Source: Ruditapes philippinarum (lineage: Eukaryota). Taken from it: 64,000 nucleotides of DNA. The position numbers and the translations under genes are program-made. The stretch's first letter is position 1. Each line of letters starts with the position of its first letter. Below, in pieces: positions 39,241 through 53,691 of this stretch. The notes below the pieces were generated by a model. The model was not told the origin of the DNA and ran no database searches. It worked only from the letters and a program-made list of their open reading frames with translations. Location of the stretch: contig NW_026856914.1 of assembly GCF_026571515.1 (NCBI RefSeq), positions 124,001 through 188,000 of the forward strand, read 5' to 3'.

Positions 39241-41377
39241 AGCATTTTGCAATAAATATGTTATCTCGTCATCAAACTGTGTACACGTGTAGTATCCATA
39301 GACTTTTCTTGTAGGCACATTATTTCTCCCAAATCCATATTTCTTTATTTTTTAGAAATGTCCTACATGTGTTTTATAAAGTTTTAATAATGGCTTAAGA
39401 GCATTTTAGATGTTAATCAATTGACGAAGTAGGGCTGAACATGCAATACTGTGTCGTAAATGAAACAAAATGTAAACAAAGTAGTATTTTGACTTCCATA
39501 CAAAATACCAATTCACTGTGATTATACCAAATGCCAACATAATAAAATCAGCAAAAGATAGTTTAAGCATATGACAAATGAGTATTGTGTTGGAAATTAA
39601 AATGATAGCATTTTTCAATTTTATGGGTCTTCAAATGGGCTTTTCTATCTTTCATTCTTGACGACATATGTATCATTTTAGGGAAAATTACAAAAAATGT
39701 ACTGATTGATTCTAATAATTTAAACATTTTTTTCTGTTATTTGAACTTATTCCTTGTAATTATGTGACTATGTTAAATCTATCATCATAATTTTCTGTAA
39801 AAATTATGTATATTTTTTACATGTGTTTATTTACAAAATTAATGAATGTATATGTATATACAATGTTTATGTTAAATATAAACCGCAAATCATAAAACTT
39901 GACGATGGTCATGTAATATATTTATGCCAATAAACAATTTGACTAAATTTTATGGATGAACAATGCAAACCATACCATGACGACGTCCATGCTGAAACTT
40001 GGTTCACACCGGTCGAATGGATAAAATCTGTTGCAGCTATGTGGCTAGCTATGGTAATGTAACTGCTGCCTGCAAACATTTTCCTGCTATACATGTTGCC
40101 TGATTTTTCATTAGATATTTTTTTCAACTGCCTGTAGTATGCAGACTTCATAATCTCTTACAGCTCGGGAGCATTCCGCCGCTGTTCCATTAAAGGTTGA
40201 TAATCTCCGCCGTATGGATGAATTAGCCAATGTTTCTTGATCGTTCATGTATTATGTTTGAGTTCTACTTAATTCGGTACTAGAGGACATAAGTTACACT
40301 TACCACTGACATCCATGAACGTGGTCTAAATCAAACCGAGCCTGCTACTTTAAAGGCGGTTATCAGGTCATTCTTTAACCATTAATTGTCGTGTTTATAT
40401 ATCTATATATAATGTATTTATATATAATTGTGTAATAAATTGATTTGGAAAATGTTATCTGTGTTTATCAATTTAATATGTCCTTGCCTAGTTTATTGTA
40501 AAGTGGTTATCTTAACATTGGAATGAAGTAACTATAACAACAACAACAACAACATCAACATAAAACCCAACTAAAATTATCATTTATATTTGATATTTGT
40601 AATCAAAGCAAGAGCAAAAAATAATGTAGGCCTCTAGATTTGGTCACATATGCACACAGGTAATGATTTTTAAGAAACGATGTTGTTATTGCATGCTCTA
40701 TTACAATAATTTGACTATCAAGGACAAGGTATTTCAAGGTCAAGGTCAATTTGAGTTGGATCATTTTTCAAGACATCGTCCTGAAGGAAGTTGTGCTCAA
40801 GTATAAAGTCAATCCGTTTAAAAATATCAACATTTTAGCCAAAAAGAGCAAATTTCAAGCAATGAAGTAAAATTCATTAATTTGACCTTCAAGGTCAAGG
40901 TCATTGATGAGCGAATACCATCATCATGTCGGTCTTCATTATGGTCTTATTCTTATAAGTACTGGTTTTTCTTTGCTCGGATAAAAATATAAAAGTATGT
41001 TGTTTATATGTGTTTTAAAGAAGAGTCGTGGCTTTGATTTTGGACGATGAGAATTTGAATTATTAATATATTTATATATTGATGAAATTGGTTGACATAA
41101 CTTTCATCATAGTTTCCACCATATTTAATACAACGTATTTTCACCAATAATTATGGAAGAGAAACTGCATTACATAACTGTAACATAACTAGTGAGCAAA
41201 AGCCCTTGAGATCATCTACCTGTCCTTCATCAGACTTATCATCGAATATGGTGATGTCTTATTTGACAATTGTACCAAAATAGAGAAAGTAGTTCGAACT
41301 AATCTAAAAGGAAGCTTAAAACATAGTCAATAGCATAAACTTATTCTATTTTACAAAATGGAAAATTATCATTTTTA

Positions 41378-42218
41378 ACATCTGTCATGAGACGTAACAA
41401 ATGGCAATCTTTCATAAGAAGTAACAAATGGCAATCTATCATAAGACATAACAAATGGCAATCTATCATAAGACGTAACAAATGGCAATCTATCATTAGA
41501 CGTAACAAATGGCAATCTATCATAAGATGTAACAAATGGCAATCTATCATAAGACGTAACAAATGGCAATCTGTCATAAGACGTAACAAATGACAATCTA
41601 TCATAAGACGTATCACATGACAATCTATCATAAGACGTCACACATGACAATCTATCATAAGATGTAACAAATGGCAATCTTTCATAAGATGTTACAAATG
41701 GCAATCTTTCATAAGATGTAACAAATGACAATCTGCCATAAGACGTAACAAATGGCAATCTATCACAAGACGTAACACATGACAATCTATCATAAGATGT
41801 AACAAATGGCAATCTTTCATAAGATGTAACACATGACAATCTGTCATAAGACGTAACAAATGGCAATCTATCATAAGACATAACAAATGGCAATCTATCA
41901 TAAGACGTAACAAATGGCAATCTATCATTAGACGTAACAAATGGCAATCTATCATAAGACGTAACAAATGGCAATCTATCATAAGACGTAACAAATGGCA
42001 ATCTATCATAAGATGTAACAAATGGCAATCTTTCATAAGATGTAACAAATGACAATCTGTCATAAGACGTAACAAATGGCAATCTGTCATAAGACGTAAC
42101 AAATGACAATCTATCATAAGACGTAACAAATGGCAATCTATCATAAGACGTAACAAATGACAATCTGTCATAAGACGTAACAAATGACAATCTTTCATAA
42201 GACGTAACAAATGACATG
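41378..42218. repeat. 27-bp minisatellite, ~31 copies
   Basis: Unit ATCATAAGACGTAACAAATGGCAATCT. It generates the 9-aa-repeat ORFs in the track. Confidence 0.97.
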
Positions 42219-43267
42219 ACAAATACATGCATGCCTAACTTATTTTACTTTAAGTTGTTAATTAGTCTTTAAATAATCTGACATCTTTAAATTAAGAAAT
42301 ATACGCAGATGTGTTCATGTACAGTAATCGGCGATTATCATGTAACTTTCAATGTGATACGTTAGCGCCATTCCATGTCATGATAAGCAGCGTATGTCTC
42401 CCAATTAATAAATGCGTGTGCTCTTAACCAAAAAAACAATGGACGGAACTAAAAAAATAGACTTCTGAAAGGGGATCTAAAGGCATGAAGCCTGCATATC
42501 ATAGGCGAGACGTCAAAAGAAAAATAAATAAAACAAGCAACATAATATGCTAAGGGTTGTTATACAGTATTAAAGTACGAATGACGGAACCACCCAAGTT
42601 GAAAAAGGTCAAGATCATTTAGAAGTAACTAAAATACCACATGACTTGTACACACAACAATAATGTCGTGCTAAATGATCTTCAGGGATCGAAACAATAA
42701 CATCCTTGATTATATATGCACGGGCGACTTTATACGGCCTCCAACCGGCACGAAATATAATTAAACAAGATCATCAAGGAAGGGCGGCATTCAATGAACG
42801 CATCCCAACAACAAAACCCTGCAACACAGACCACCGACAAGGAGCCCAACAGGAAACCAAACATCACAGGGCACTGGTGCAAATCACGGGCGGGATGTCA
42901 TTTTAAATTATTAGAAGTAGGTAATCATAGAAACCGATGTCCGTCGTATCAAAAGATATCTACTACCATATAATATTTTTTATGCTAATATTTCATGTTG
43001 CATCGTTTTACTATATTTTATAGAAACACGATAGTCTTACTGTAGATAAGGGTATAAATTCTGTAACATTTCAGTAAAAAATGTGCCTGATTATATGTTG
43101 AAAGTGCCATTTATTTAGCTTATATAAATGTGACATGTTAGAAACTTGACAAGGTGTAGACAATGCCTTGTTTTTGGTTGAAAAAAAATAATGTTGATCA
43201 TTAAATAGGTTAATGTTTAATAATAGGCAGGCAGGCACTAACCTATACTTAAAAAAACATTCAAAAC

Positions 43268-43480
43268 CGCCTCCGCGGTCGAGGGGTTAGAGTCGATTAC
43301 TTCTAATCCAGTTACCTCTCTGTCTTTGGTTCGATCGCCGGGCGATGCTTTGGTAGCTTTGCACGGAGGAAGGTAGTCTATTACTGGTGTAACTCCCAGG
43401 AACGATGGTTAGGAAACTAACCGCCTATATGACGGAAATACTTTTGGGGAAAGGCGTAAAATGAAACAAAAAACAAACAA
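43268..43480 (+). mobile_element. Degenerate tRNA-derived SINE
   Basis: A-box-like GGTCGAGGGGTTAG, B-box-like GGTTCGATCGCC, and a 3' end GACGGAAATACT...GGCGTAAAA followed by an (AAAC)n tail. Confidence 0.6.
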
Positions 43481-43780
43481 GAATCATTCAGGTAGGGTGT
43501 CTCATTATGCAAGACAAGATAATATGATACTTGCATTCAAGACTTGGAAAGGTGCAGGCGCGGCCTAAGAGGAAGTGTAAATATCATGTTTCAATGAACA
43601 GTTATTTTTAAACCTGTTGCTGTGCGAACATGTATATGATATGATGAGAGAAATTTACATCAGTTTAGTACGGAAGCCCATATGTGCCATTTCGTCGTAA
43701 GACTTTTGTCTTATGACTAATGACTTATGTATTATGATATTTTCTGTCTTATGTATTAGTTTTCATCAAGTACATCCATC

Positions 43781-46700
43781 ATGGCTGACGTTGGAGGTAA
43801 ATCTGGTAGTGAAACAGACAGAAGAAGCTTTGGAAAGTGTTGAAATATAAACAGTTTGACAGTAATGTATCATTTCCCTTACAAGGTTACTTTTCCATTT
43901 GTAGCGAACACATATCTATAATACTTATAAATTATTATTGCTGTAGAAACCAGAAGAACAAAACGTCTCCCGGTTGACACAGTGTGCACTTTAGATCAAT
44001 AATGATTGTCAGACATGTGTTTATTATAAATTAAAAAGTTTACCGAAATAGACATCATTTTTCTTTTTGATGTAAAAAATACACTCGTTACATATCATCA
44101 GCTTACACATTCTGCTTTTGTTTAGAACTACTTTCAAATCCAAATAAGTCCCAGGTTATAATGAATAATAGCTAAGATTGATATTTGCCTAGTCCAACTT
44201 ATTAGACTTCTCAAAGAGACATCTTGAAAGATAGTTTTGGACGGGCGATGTCTTTTTCCAGTTTGACAGAACGAAAAAACAACAACAAAAAAACAAACAG
44301 TTAAATGGGTAAAACAGCTTGATTATTAAGGCTAATTTGTCTCGGCTAAAATCAAAATAGATCCCGTAAATATTACTAAATAATATAAGTTTGACAAAAG
44401 TTTCAAATGGTCTGTGCAACAAAAAATATAGTTAAAGAAGAAAAATATAGATAGTTACGGATTCAAGTATTTCGAAGCGGACGTTAGGCACTTAGGAGTC
44501 AAATAGTACGATCGTAAAACACACATGAGTTGAAACAGTTAAGAAAATAAATACTAAAAGAAAAAATATCCTGAAATAATATATATATATATTGGTTTGA
44601 ATTTTTGCAATCATTATGAAGTAGAATTGGTTTTAATGTCGTCACTTTTGTCATGTGGTTTGAATGTTGTCAGGGATAATGCACAGTCTGTGGTATTAGT
44701 TGTTTTTCCTACACCTCCAACCAAGAAGCCTGTAGATGAACTTTGGATTTATTTCATAAATGTGTGTGTATGTGCGTGCACGTGCGTGTGTGTGTGCGTG
44801 GGCCTGCGTGTGTGTTTTCTTTTTACTAGCACACCTGACACATAATGTCACATCGTTCAATGTTTAGCGTCCATCCACATTAAGTTACTTAATTCTCTAG
44901 TTATCACATCTGAGCCTCAACTTTAACTTCCTCAGGATGTTTGTCCTAGTAGTTCCTCGGGCGAGTTAGAATACGTGTCATCTTAGATTAAAAAGTAGGT
45001 CACAGGGCCAAACAATCGTGTTAGCTGTTAAAGTTTTGAGTATTTAAATATTTGCAAGACTGACACATTTTAAAACTTTTGTGAATCTTTATTCTTACAA
45101 CATTCTGTATAAAATATAAATTATTTTTTCCTTATTTCTCGTTTAAGCAAATTTGAGAAGTAAATGTATTTAGGCATAGCAGGTCAAAAGAATAAACAAC
45201 AGAAAAAAAAGAAGAAAATATAAACTTATGGAAAATCCGTCGATGGTAAACATTTTAGACATTCTGTCTGTCATCTTCTACCTGTTACTCTCTTTACAAA
45301 GGAAATAACAAGTACTTCATTTGATGTCAAAACTGTTTTATTAAAATGGAAAGATGATGTTTGCAATCTTTTGAACATTTATAATTCTGTTGATGATGAA
45401 ACAATTCATGTACCAACGAAACATGTATATGTCCAGGAGCTTGATAATTATATAAGCATAAACGAAATTGTTAAAGTTATTGAAAAAGCTAAGTTAAACA
45501 AAGCTTCAGGTATTGATCTTATTCCTGTGGAGGTTTTAAAAAATGACACAGCCTCATTGATTCTGCATAGTTTTTTTAATGTCTGTTTTGAAACATGAAA
45601 AGTACCTTCAACTTGGTCGAAAAATATTATTATCCCAATTCCAAAATCTGGGACTAAAGACAAGCGCCAACCTTTGTCTTATAGAGGTATTTCCCTTGCT
45701 TGTACTATGTATAAGTTATATACCAGCATTCTTAATGAACGAATTGTAAAATGGACCAGTAATGTTGATACTTTAATAGAAGAGCAAAATGGATTTCGAA
45801 GAAATCGTAGTACTATTGACCATGTGTCTAGTGTAACACACGCAAGAAATGTAAATTATCCACCTTTTGTGCTTTCATTGATTTTCGAAAAGCATTTGAT
45901 TCAGTTAATAGAAACGTGCTATGGAAAAGGTTAGAAAATAAAGGTATTTCAACAAAAATGTTAAATGCTGTCATCTTGTGTCAGGGTAAACAATTTAACA
46001 ACTGACTGGTTTTCAGTAAATTCCGGAGTAAGACAAGGATGTTCACTGTCATCTGTATTGTTTAATATCTATATTAATGACTTAGCTTTGTTACTAAAAA
46101 TAGTAACAAAGGCATTGCCATTAATGAAGATATTGTTGCAATTCTTCACTATGCCGATGACATTGTATTGATAGCTGAAAACGAAGAAAACCTTCAATGT
46201 ATGCTGAATTTATTGTCTAATTGGTGTACTGTAAATAGTATGACTATAAATGTTGAAAAAAGTAATGTTAGTCATTTTAAAAACCCTTCTACACCAATTT
46301 CAAATTTACATGTGGTGAGTCTGCGTTAGAAACTGTCAACCAATACATGTATTTGGGTCTATTGTTGAACGAATATTTGGATTACAATATCACGGCTAAA
46401 CATGTAGCTCAAAGGGCAAGTCGTGCTCTTGGTCTCCTTATAGCAAAATTTAAAAATTCAGGGGGTTTGCATGTTTATACGAAATTGTATTATACGTGTG
46501 TTGTACCTGTTATATCACATGGAGCTTCTTTTTGGGGTACCAAATCTTATATTTGTATAAATAGTATTCATAACAGAGCTATGGGGTATTTTCTAGGCAC
46601 GGGTAAATACACACCAAATGCTGCTGTATATGGTGAAACGGGTTGGAATCCAATTATTGTTGAACAATGGAATGCAGTGGGTAACCACTGGCACAGAACA

Positions 46701-47990
46701 CTTTGTCTTAGAGAAAGTAGAATGAATAAGAAAATTTTCAACTGGGCTTTTAACAAAAAGGGAAAAAATTGTAAAAACTGGTGCTATATTGTTAAAAACA
46801 CTTTATTGTCATTAGGACTTGATGTTTATCAATATGTTCATTTCCCGTTTAATCGCAAAACTATGGCTGATGATTTAACTAAAGCCTTGTTTGATGTTCA
46901 TATTGCTCAGTGGACAGCGGATATTTCCAGGGAAAACAGTAGCAATGGTGCCGGGAGAAATAAACTTCGTACATACAGGCATTTCAAAAAAGAGTATGTT
47001 TCAGAGAAATATTGTTGTTTATTAATTCCTGTTTCTAACAGGTCAGCTTTGGCTAAATTCCGTTGCGGAGTTGCACGTATCCGTCTTGAAACTGGTCGAT
47101 ATGAATATTTACCTGAACATGAAAGGATATGTCCACTTTGTCTAAATGGTATTGAAAATGAAATGCATGTAATAATGGAATGTTCTATGTATGACAATAT
47201 TAGGAAACCATTGTTAGATTATGCCAACTGTACTTGTGACTTATTTACTACAATGTCAAAACATGAAAAGTTTATGTACTTATTTGCCCACCAGGACACT
47301 CGTATGATAAGATTGCTCATTAAATTGTAACACACCACTATTATTTGACTATACAATAGCACAATTTTAACAAGTTTTTAATGGTTTTATTTGTTAATAC
47401 AAGTACAATTTAAAGATGTTTGGAAATTATTATTTTTAAAGAAGTAATGTTTTGTAATTAGGACAAAATAAATTATTTTGACTAGTTGTACAAGTACAAA
47501 ATTTTAACTTTGTTTCAAGATTTTTGTCATACATAATAAGGTAAATTATGATATATCAATTTAGTGACACGTGCTTTTTCCCCTCTTCAATGAATAACGG
47601 ATGCATCCTTGTTGAATTGAAGAAATGAGAATTTAAATGTTAATTTTCTAGATAAATATGTATCACTTGGTCTATTTCATTAAATTATCCTTGATAGTTT
47701 GTTGTTGTTTGTTGCTGTTTTTTCAGACACAAGGGAGTACTTGGAGACACATATAAGCTTGGATGGCTTTAAGAAGTTCTCGGGGAAATTTAGATAAGTG
47801 ACAGCACGGAAAGAGGTGCAAAATTATACGAGATCAATAACAAATAAGAACTGTCCAACTGTGCAATAGATTTTTTTCCATATGGGAAACTTATCAGATT
47901 ATGGAAGTGAACCTGTTAAAACATAAAAGAGAATTGATTTCAAAAATGGCCATGCCAAATGAAGATGTATGTAATTTTCAAATATAAAAT
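43781..47990 (+). pseudogene. Possible decayed two-exon gene remnant (death-fold-like spacing)
   Basis: ATG GCT GAC GTT GGA G|GTAAAT (43781-43796) is phase-compatible with acceptor TTTTTCAG|AC at 47727, giving MADVGDTREYLETHISLDGFKKFSGKF, then stops and frameshifts (ISDST...ELSNCAIDFF..WETY). Confidence 0.25.
45310..47340 (+). mobile_element. 5'-truncated, frameshifted non-LTR retrotransposon (RTE-X-like) reverse transcriptase
   Basis: KASGIDLIPVEVLK, PIPK...YRGISL, EEQNGFR, FIDFRKAFDSV, GVRQGCSLS..LFNIYINDL, YADDIVLIAE, YLGL, KLRTY..FK, LAKFRCG..RLETGRY and a C-x2-C...H...C knuckle, with stops and frameshifts. Confidence 0.9.
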
Positions 47991-50900
47991 CAATTGGTGT
48001 GTTTTTATCGCAGTACGGTTTATAGTTAAAGAAGACCCAAAAGAAGCGAGCGGTTGAAGGTAGAGAGTTCCCAGGTGGAAGCTCATAACAGATTTCCCGT
48101 TGCCTTCATATCCTTGATAGTGAATGACCAAAAACTTTGGAGAATATAAGTACAGTACATGAAACTGTGCAACTCATCATTCACAGTAAAACGTTCAGAA
48201 AAAAATCCTGTCATACAATTAATGATTTTCGTTCTTGACTCAAGCTCGCCAAGATAGACTATCTCTTTCGCTTAGTTAGTTGTATATACATTTGTGTAAG
48301 CAAATCTTATTTGACACGATGAAAACTTAAGATGTATCCCATTTCTTCAAAAATGAAAATAAAAATTGTTTATTTTTCACATGAGTGTATTAATATTGTA
48401 TTGATGGCAAAGAAAGAAAAAAGATCAATGTTAAAACAAAATAAGTTAGATTTTTGTAAGCGCGAAAAAAGTCTTGTTTATGTAGTTTAGACCTTCTGAT
48501 ATTATATATTATATATTGTATAACATATTTGTAACATCACTGTGACGTCAATGCTGTTTAAGATGTTTAGACAATGGCAGAATTTACCATATCCATAACA
48601 AATTGTTTCATTTGCAATTAAAAGTTAACATCTGATAATAAGATAATAACATTAAATTAGTTTCCTTTGATATTGAAATTTATTGTATGTCTTGATTTTA
48701 TTTATAACGATATAATGAATTGCTCACAGAGACGTATAATCTTTAATAATAATTTTTACATTCTTATTTAATAAACCCAATGTGCAAAAGATACTTGTGT
48801 ATTTAAATACCCACATTATTGTTGAACAAGAATAAAGTAAAAGTACACGTAAACAACTTCTTCAGTAAGTTCCAGTAGTTCCCTGTATATCTTCTTCAGC
48901 CCCTTGTTCATCCGTGGGAATCCGAAGGTTATGCTTAAGTTATTTTACTAACTCTTGGATTGAAATTCTTCCAGCATAAGCCGCACATTTCGCAACAATC
49001 ATCGTTGATCTACGATCTTTCCATAACTATGTCCGCAAAAATATTCCGATAGAAAGTAAAAATAGTACCTCAGTATTTCTTTGTTTATGTAAGAAAAGTA
49101 GGTCCAATTCACCGCTATTCTGTTAAGCTCGACCCGAAACAAGTGCATAAAAGTTAATTATTACCATACTCGTGACTGTCTTTTAAATCTTTGAAAATGA
49201 AACTCCACCTCCTCTCCAGATCCCTTTTGAAACGTTTTGTTTTTCGAAAATAAAACCTCTAGGTCTCGACATATTATTTGTATTATTGTACCGGAAGAAC
49301 AATTGGAGTAAAGGTCGACAGAGTTGAGTTTTCCGTTTCTTTATCACAACGAAGTATTTGTGGAGCAACGCAAAGCATCTCCAGTACTACAAGATAACAT
49401 ATTCATTAACGATATCTGAAAAACAAAGTACCGAAGCTATTAAGCTATTATTCACGTAAGATGTCAAAAAGAATATTTATATGTAATGTATTATGCATAT
49501 ATATTATGTTGCTGTATAATATATCTTTGGCAATTCTTTGAATTTGGTGCATAGCACCTAGGTAATAGTTTGGTTTCCGTGAAATTAAGATGATGAAAGC
49601 TTGATCGTAGATAGAGTTTTGTTCGCAGCTACTTTGTTGGTAAGATGGTAGAAACTATAGCTATCTTGTTGCTAAGGAAGACAAATAGTGCAAGTTGTTA
49701 GTAGAATGTAAAGTTGTATCTAAATTAAAGTGTAATCAAAAATAAGTAAACCAAAGTATTTATTTATGGCTAGATTAGAGATATTTCTGCTAAAAAATTA
49801 GGAAAGTTTTTAGTTTTGTTGTGCTTTAACACAATAACACAGTATTTAAGTCATATATCGGTGGGCAGTTAACTTACCAATGCTCCTAGATTCTGTACTG
49901 GTACTAATATCTTCTCCACGAGTTTAGCGGGCGAGATATAAGCAAAAAGAACAAGAACACCATATAACACTTGAACACTTAAAATTATTTAATGCTTTTA
50001 AAAGAAGTTAACAGCAGCGTCATCAATTTAATTAAAGTTTCAAGTTATGTACAAAATTATGTCTTACAGTTTTGGAAAAAAAAACTGAAACAGATGCAAG
50101 GAGGAGTTGCTTTTACAAAGCGTTTAATTTTTAGAGAATCGTTGCTTTAAAGGGAGTTTTGTTGAAGTGTTGAGGTTGGTTGAGTTTAATTGTGGTGATC
50201 TTTATTGATTAATGTCTATTGGCTGTAATTAGTTGTTTTGGTTGTTGCAGTTATATGTGTTTGGTAAGATATATTTGGTTAAGGTGCCTTGAGTGATTTT
50301 GTCATGTCAAGATTATCATTAAAAACATGCTTTGGTTTCGAAGACATATGTAAATACTGGTTGTTTGGGTTTACGTTGTTTTCTGAAATTAATATTTTTG
50401 ATTGAATGTTTGTGGTCTATACTGTATTATGGAGTTGTAAATAATTCATTTTATGTGCTTATGTGCTTTATGTTGTTGTGATTTTACTGTCTTGTTGCTC
50501 ATAAGTTGTTTAGAGATTGGGCTTGCCAAGTGTTAAGTATTGTTTCGTATAAAAGACGTATACCTGACAAGATTTGTTTGTGCAAATGGTTAATGGATGG
50601 TGTGTTTTTGTTTTAGTTGTAAATAATGATCAGAGTGTTTGTCTTTTGAATGTACATAATAATAAGAGATTTTGTTGTATTAATGTATATATTGACTTGA
50701 GATAGAAAAAGATAAAACAATACCTTAAAAAATTTAAACTAAACAATTACATACTACTTATCCGACTAAGAATATTTCAAGTTGAAGTCGGGCGGTGCTG
50801 CCCAGCCTCCATATTTTGGAAATTGATTATAATATTTCCTAAGATTAATAACATCAATGTAGTCATTCTCCTGTCAGAAATAAAACTGAAATTATTCACA

Positions 50901-51039
50901 TTAACCCCAATACATGTCTTGAGATCCTAATTGGAGGTAACTTTCCAAGGCCCATAAATCTCTGGCACAGAATTGTACTGAATAGCCCTTTATGAATTTA
51001 GATACGCTCCCTTCGCAGCTTACTGAATACACTCCCGTT

Positions 51040-51250
51040 ACTTCAGACCGCTGCTGTAATACGCGTCGATTCATGATATTGACCTTTACAGTGAACTTTA
51101 AACGACCAATGAAAGTTTTCCAAATTCCAAATCAGCCTAAAATCTTTATACGCATTTTCATTGGTTGAAACAGATGACGTGTGTACAAAATTATAAATAG
51201 ACGGGTATTTCCTCAAAATTATGTAAACAAATAGCGTAACCGGCACCAGA
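51040..51250 (+). promoter_or_regulatory. Candidate Pol II core promoter
   Basis: CCAAT at 51106, ATTGG at 51160, CRE-like TGACGT at 51175 and TATAAATA at 51192 are clustered in a relatively CpG-rich patch upstream of exon-like remnants. Confidence 0.35.
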
Positions 51251-52588
51251 CATCACTACAGAAGTTTGTTTTTCGTGCAACCTTGAACAAAATTTGGATA
51301 CATTTGATTGTTCTAAACATGGTCATTTAAGAAACTTTGTTTTTCAAGGAAAAGCGCACCTTCATCGACACTGTCCAGCCTCCAGATTGTTTCAATACGA
51401 CAATAGACAGACTACTTGAATTGTGATTGAACAAAAATTAATGATTGTAGATCAGCAAATCCTAAATATAAAAAGACTGCAACAATCCTTTAATAAAATG
51501 ACAGCCACACTTTTTAATAAAATGACTACCACACTCCTTTAATAAAATGACAGTTTATGAAGGATATTTACAAATCTTTTTTTGGTTAATGGGATTTATA
51601 CATTACTCAGTTATTTTAATTTTAATGATCACAGAATCATGACAAATGTATACCTACCCAGGAAAACATGATTCAGCACCCTTAATTAGCATTACTAAAT
51701 GTGAAATATCTCAAATTGGCGAGATTATCTTTCAATATGGACTGAAGCATTTATCAATTTGAAAGAAACTTCACAATTTCTAGTGACTGAAAAGGGAATA
51801 GTGCAAACCATGATCAGATCTTACAACGCAGATATATGCTTCCACAATATAGCTTCTCTATAATTCTATAAAGTGTAAAAATTGTATAAAATATATGTAA
51901 CCATGCAGCTAAACTGAAATTTAATCTATGTATGCATGGAATATAGAAAATTAAGTAGCAATCATTTCATACAGTGTTTGATTTCTCTTAAACTCTTTTA
52001 CAATGTTTGTTTTTTTTTATTTATTTTTTTTTATTAACAATTACAAAAATACAAATGTAATTATATTTAGAAATTCTAAAATATTCACTTTATTGATATT
52101 CATTTCATTTTGTTAACAAGAATATGTGAAGCTGTAGATGATATGTTTTGAATTTGTAACATAATATAAACATTTACAAGATATCTTCCAGATTGACCAC
52201 AATAGAGAAATTTATGTGGCTTGTAAATAAAAAAAATCTTGTAACAGTTATCATATTTTATGTATTAATTAATATAAAAGGACCATTACAGTTATCAAAA
52301 TTGATTTATTAATAAACATGTCAGGGTTATGCAGGAGATTAGTGCTTTTCATGTATTTAAAAAAACAACTTATAATGAGGGCCCAGTGGATTTGTTCTTT
52401 ACTTGAAAGTTGAAAACACAAACCTTTTTTAGGCAAAGACTGTCAGGAGCGTTTGGCAAATGTGTATATTTATTTGACCTTTATAGCTGAATGGCTTAAA
52501 GCTTAGTAGTCATTTGTCTAAATACTAGAACAAAACATTGCTTCTTGGACAGTCAAAGTTCTTGACAAGAAATGTAAATAATACATAT

Positions 52589-52822
52589 GAGCCGCGTCAT
52601 GACAAAACCAACACAATGGGTTTGCAACCAGCATGGACCCAGACCAGCCTATGCATCCAGGCAGTCTGGTCAGGATCCATGCTGTTCGCTATCAGTTTCT
52701 CTACTTGTTTTAGGGTTGTTAGCGAACAGCATTAATCCTGATCAGACTTCGCATATGCGCAGGCTGGTCTGGACCCATGCAGCTGGTCGCAAACCCATGT
52801 TGGTTTTGTCATGACGCGGCTC
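52589..52822. mobile_element. Sola-like palindromic MITE (copy 5)
   Basis: Match to 466-702 with an ATAT TSD. Confidence 0.85.
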
Positions 52823-53691
52823 ATATATATCTTCCAAATTCCATTATAGGTCATTTAAAATGTAAAGAGTTTGTTACAGTTATATTTCTCTTGGGAGAAA
52901 TTAGGATATTTTTGATAGACTGCACAAATATCTGTTTAAGGTCACATAATTATAGGCTGCCTCAAAAACAAAGTTACTATTAAAGTTTGGCCATGATAGC
53001 TACAGGGATTCTACTTACCCTAAATGTAAGGTGCTTATGGGGGTATTGAAAGTATAAATTAAATAGTTGCTCAGAAGGAGATATTTTATGAGATGATTTA
53101 ATTTCAAATTTTAAGTTTCTGCATTTTGACAGATTTCTGTAGATGTTTAAATGGATCAACACCATTTATTTGTTATCCTCTTCTGACATTACAGACAGTG
53201 GACTATATTTTGACATTTATTAACATAAAGTTGGTTATTTTCTTTAAACAACAGGACTGTTACTGTATAATTAAATGATGTTTTCATACTGTACAATTCT
53301 TATATACAGTACTATATACATGTATATAATTAAATAAATGTCACAACTTCTGTTTTTTAGGGTATATGACAAAAAAAAACAGAAAGATGTGTTTCATCCA
53401 GTGTTCACAGGGGTTGAAGAGCTTTGCTAGCACTTACAACTACAGCTAGGCCAAATAAACATTGTGTACTAGGTACATGTATAAAATAGTACAGTTGAAC
53501 TTGAAGGCAGAAAACATAGAAGAAATCAGTGATCAAAGTATCTGTGGATCTGAAAGTGGGAAGTAAATATTATGAACAAATGACTTATGTGATTTTCATG
53601 CATTTACAGAAGATAAAATAAGGATTTTTGACCTTTTTTATTTATTTTAAAAATAAAATTTGGGATGCAGAATTATGTGACATATTAAATA

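Noticed and set aside
41341-42232. Repeat-protein ORFs (285, 178, 96 and 68 aa) and a possible CRISPR-like array
   Set aside because: These are by-products of a 27-bp unit, which is a multiple of 3. The units are contiguous with no unique spacers and there are no cas genes.
50150-50700. GT-skewed tract sharing TTGAGGTTGGT..AGTTTAAT with ~24741
   Set aside because: Probably very old retroelement debris; the similarity is too short to define a feature.
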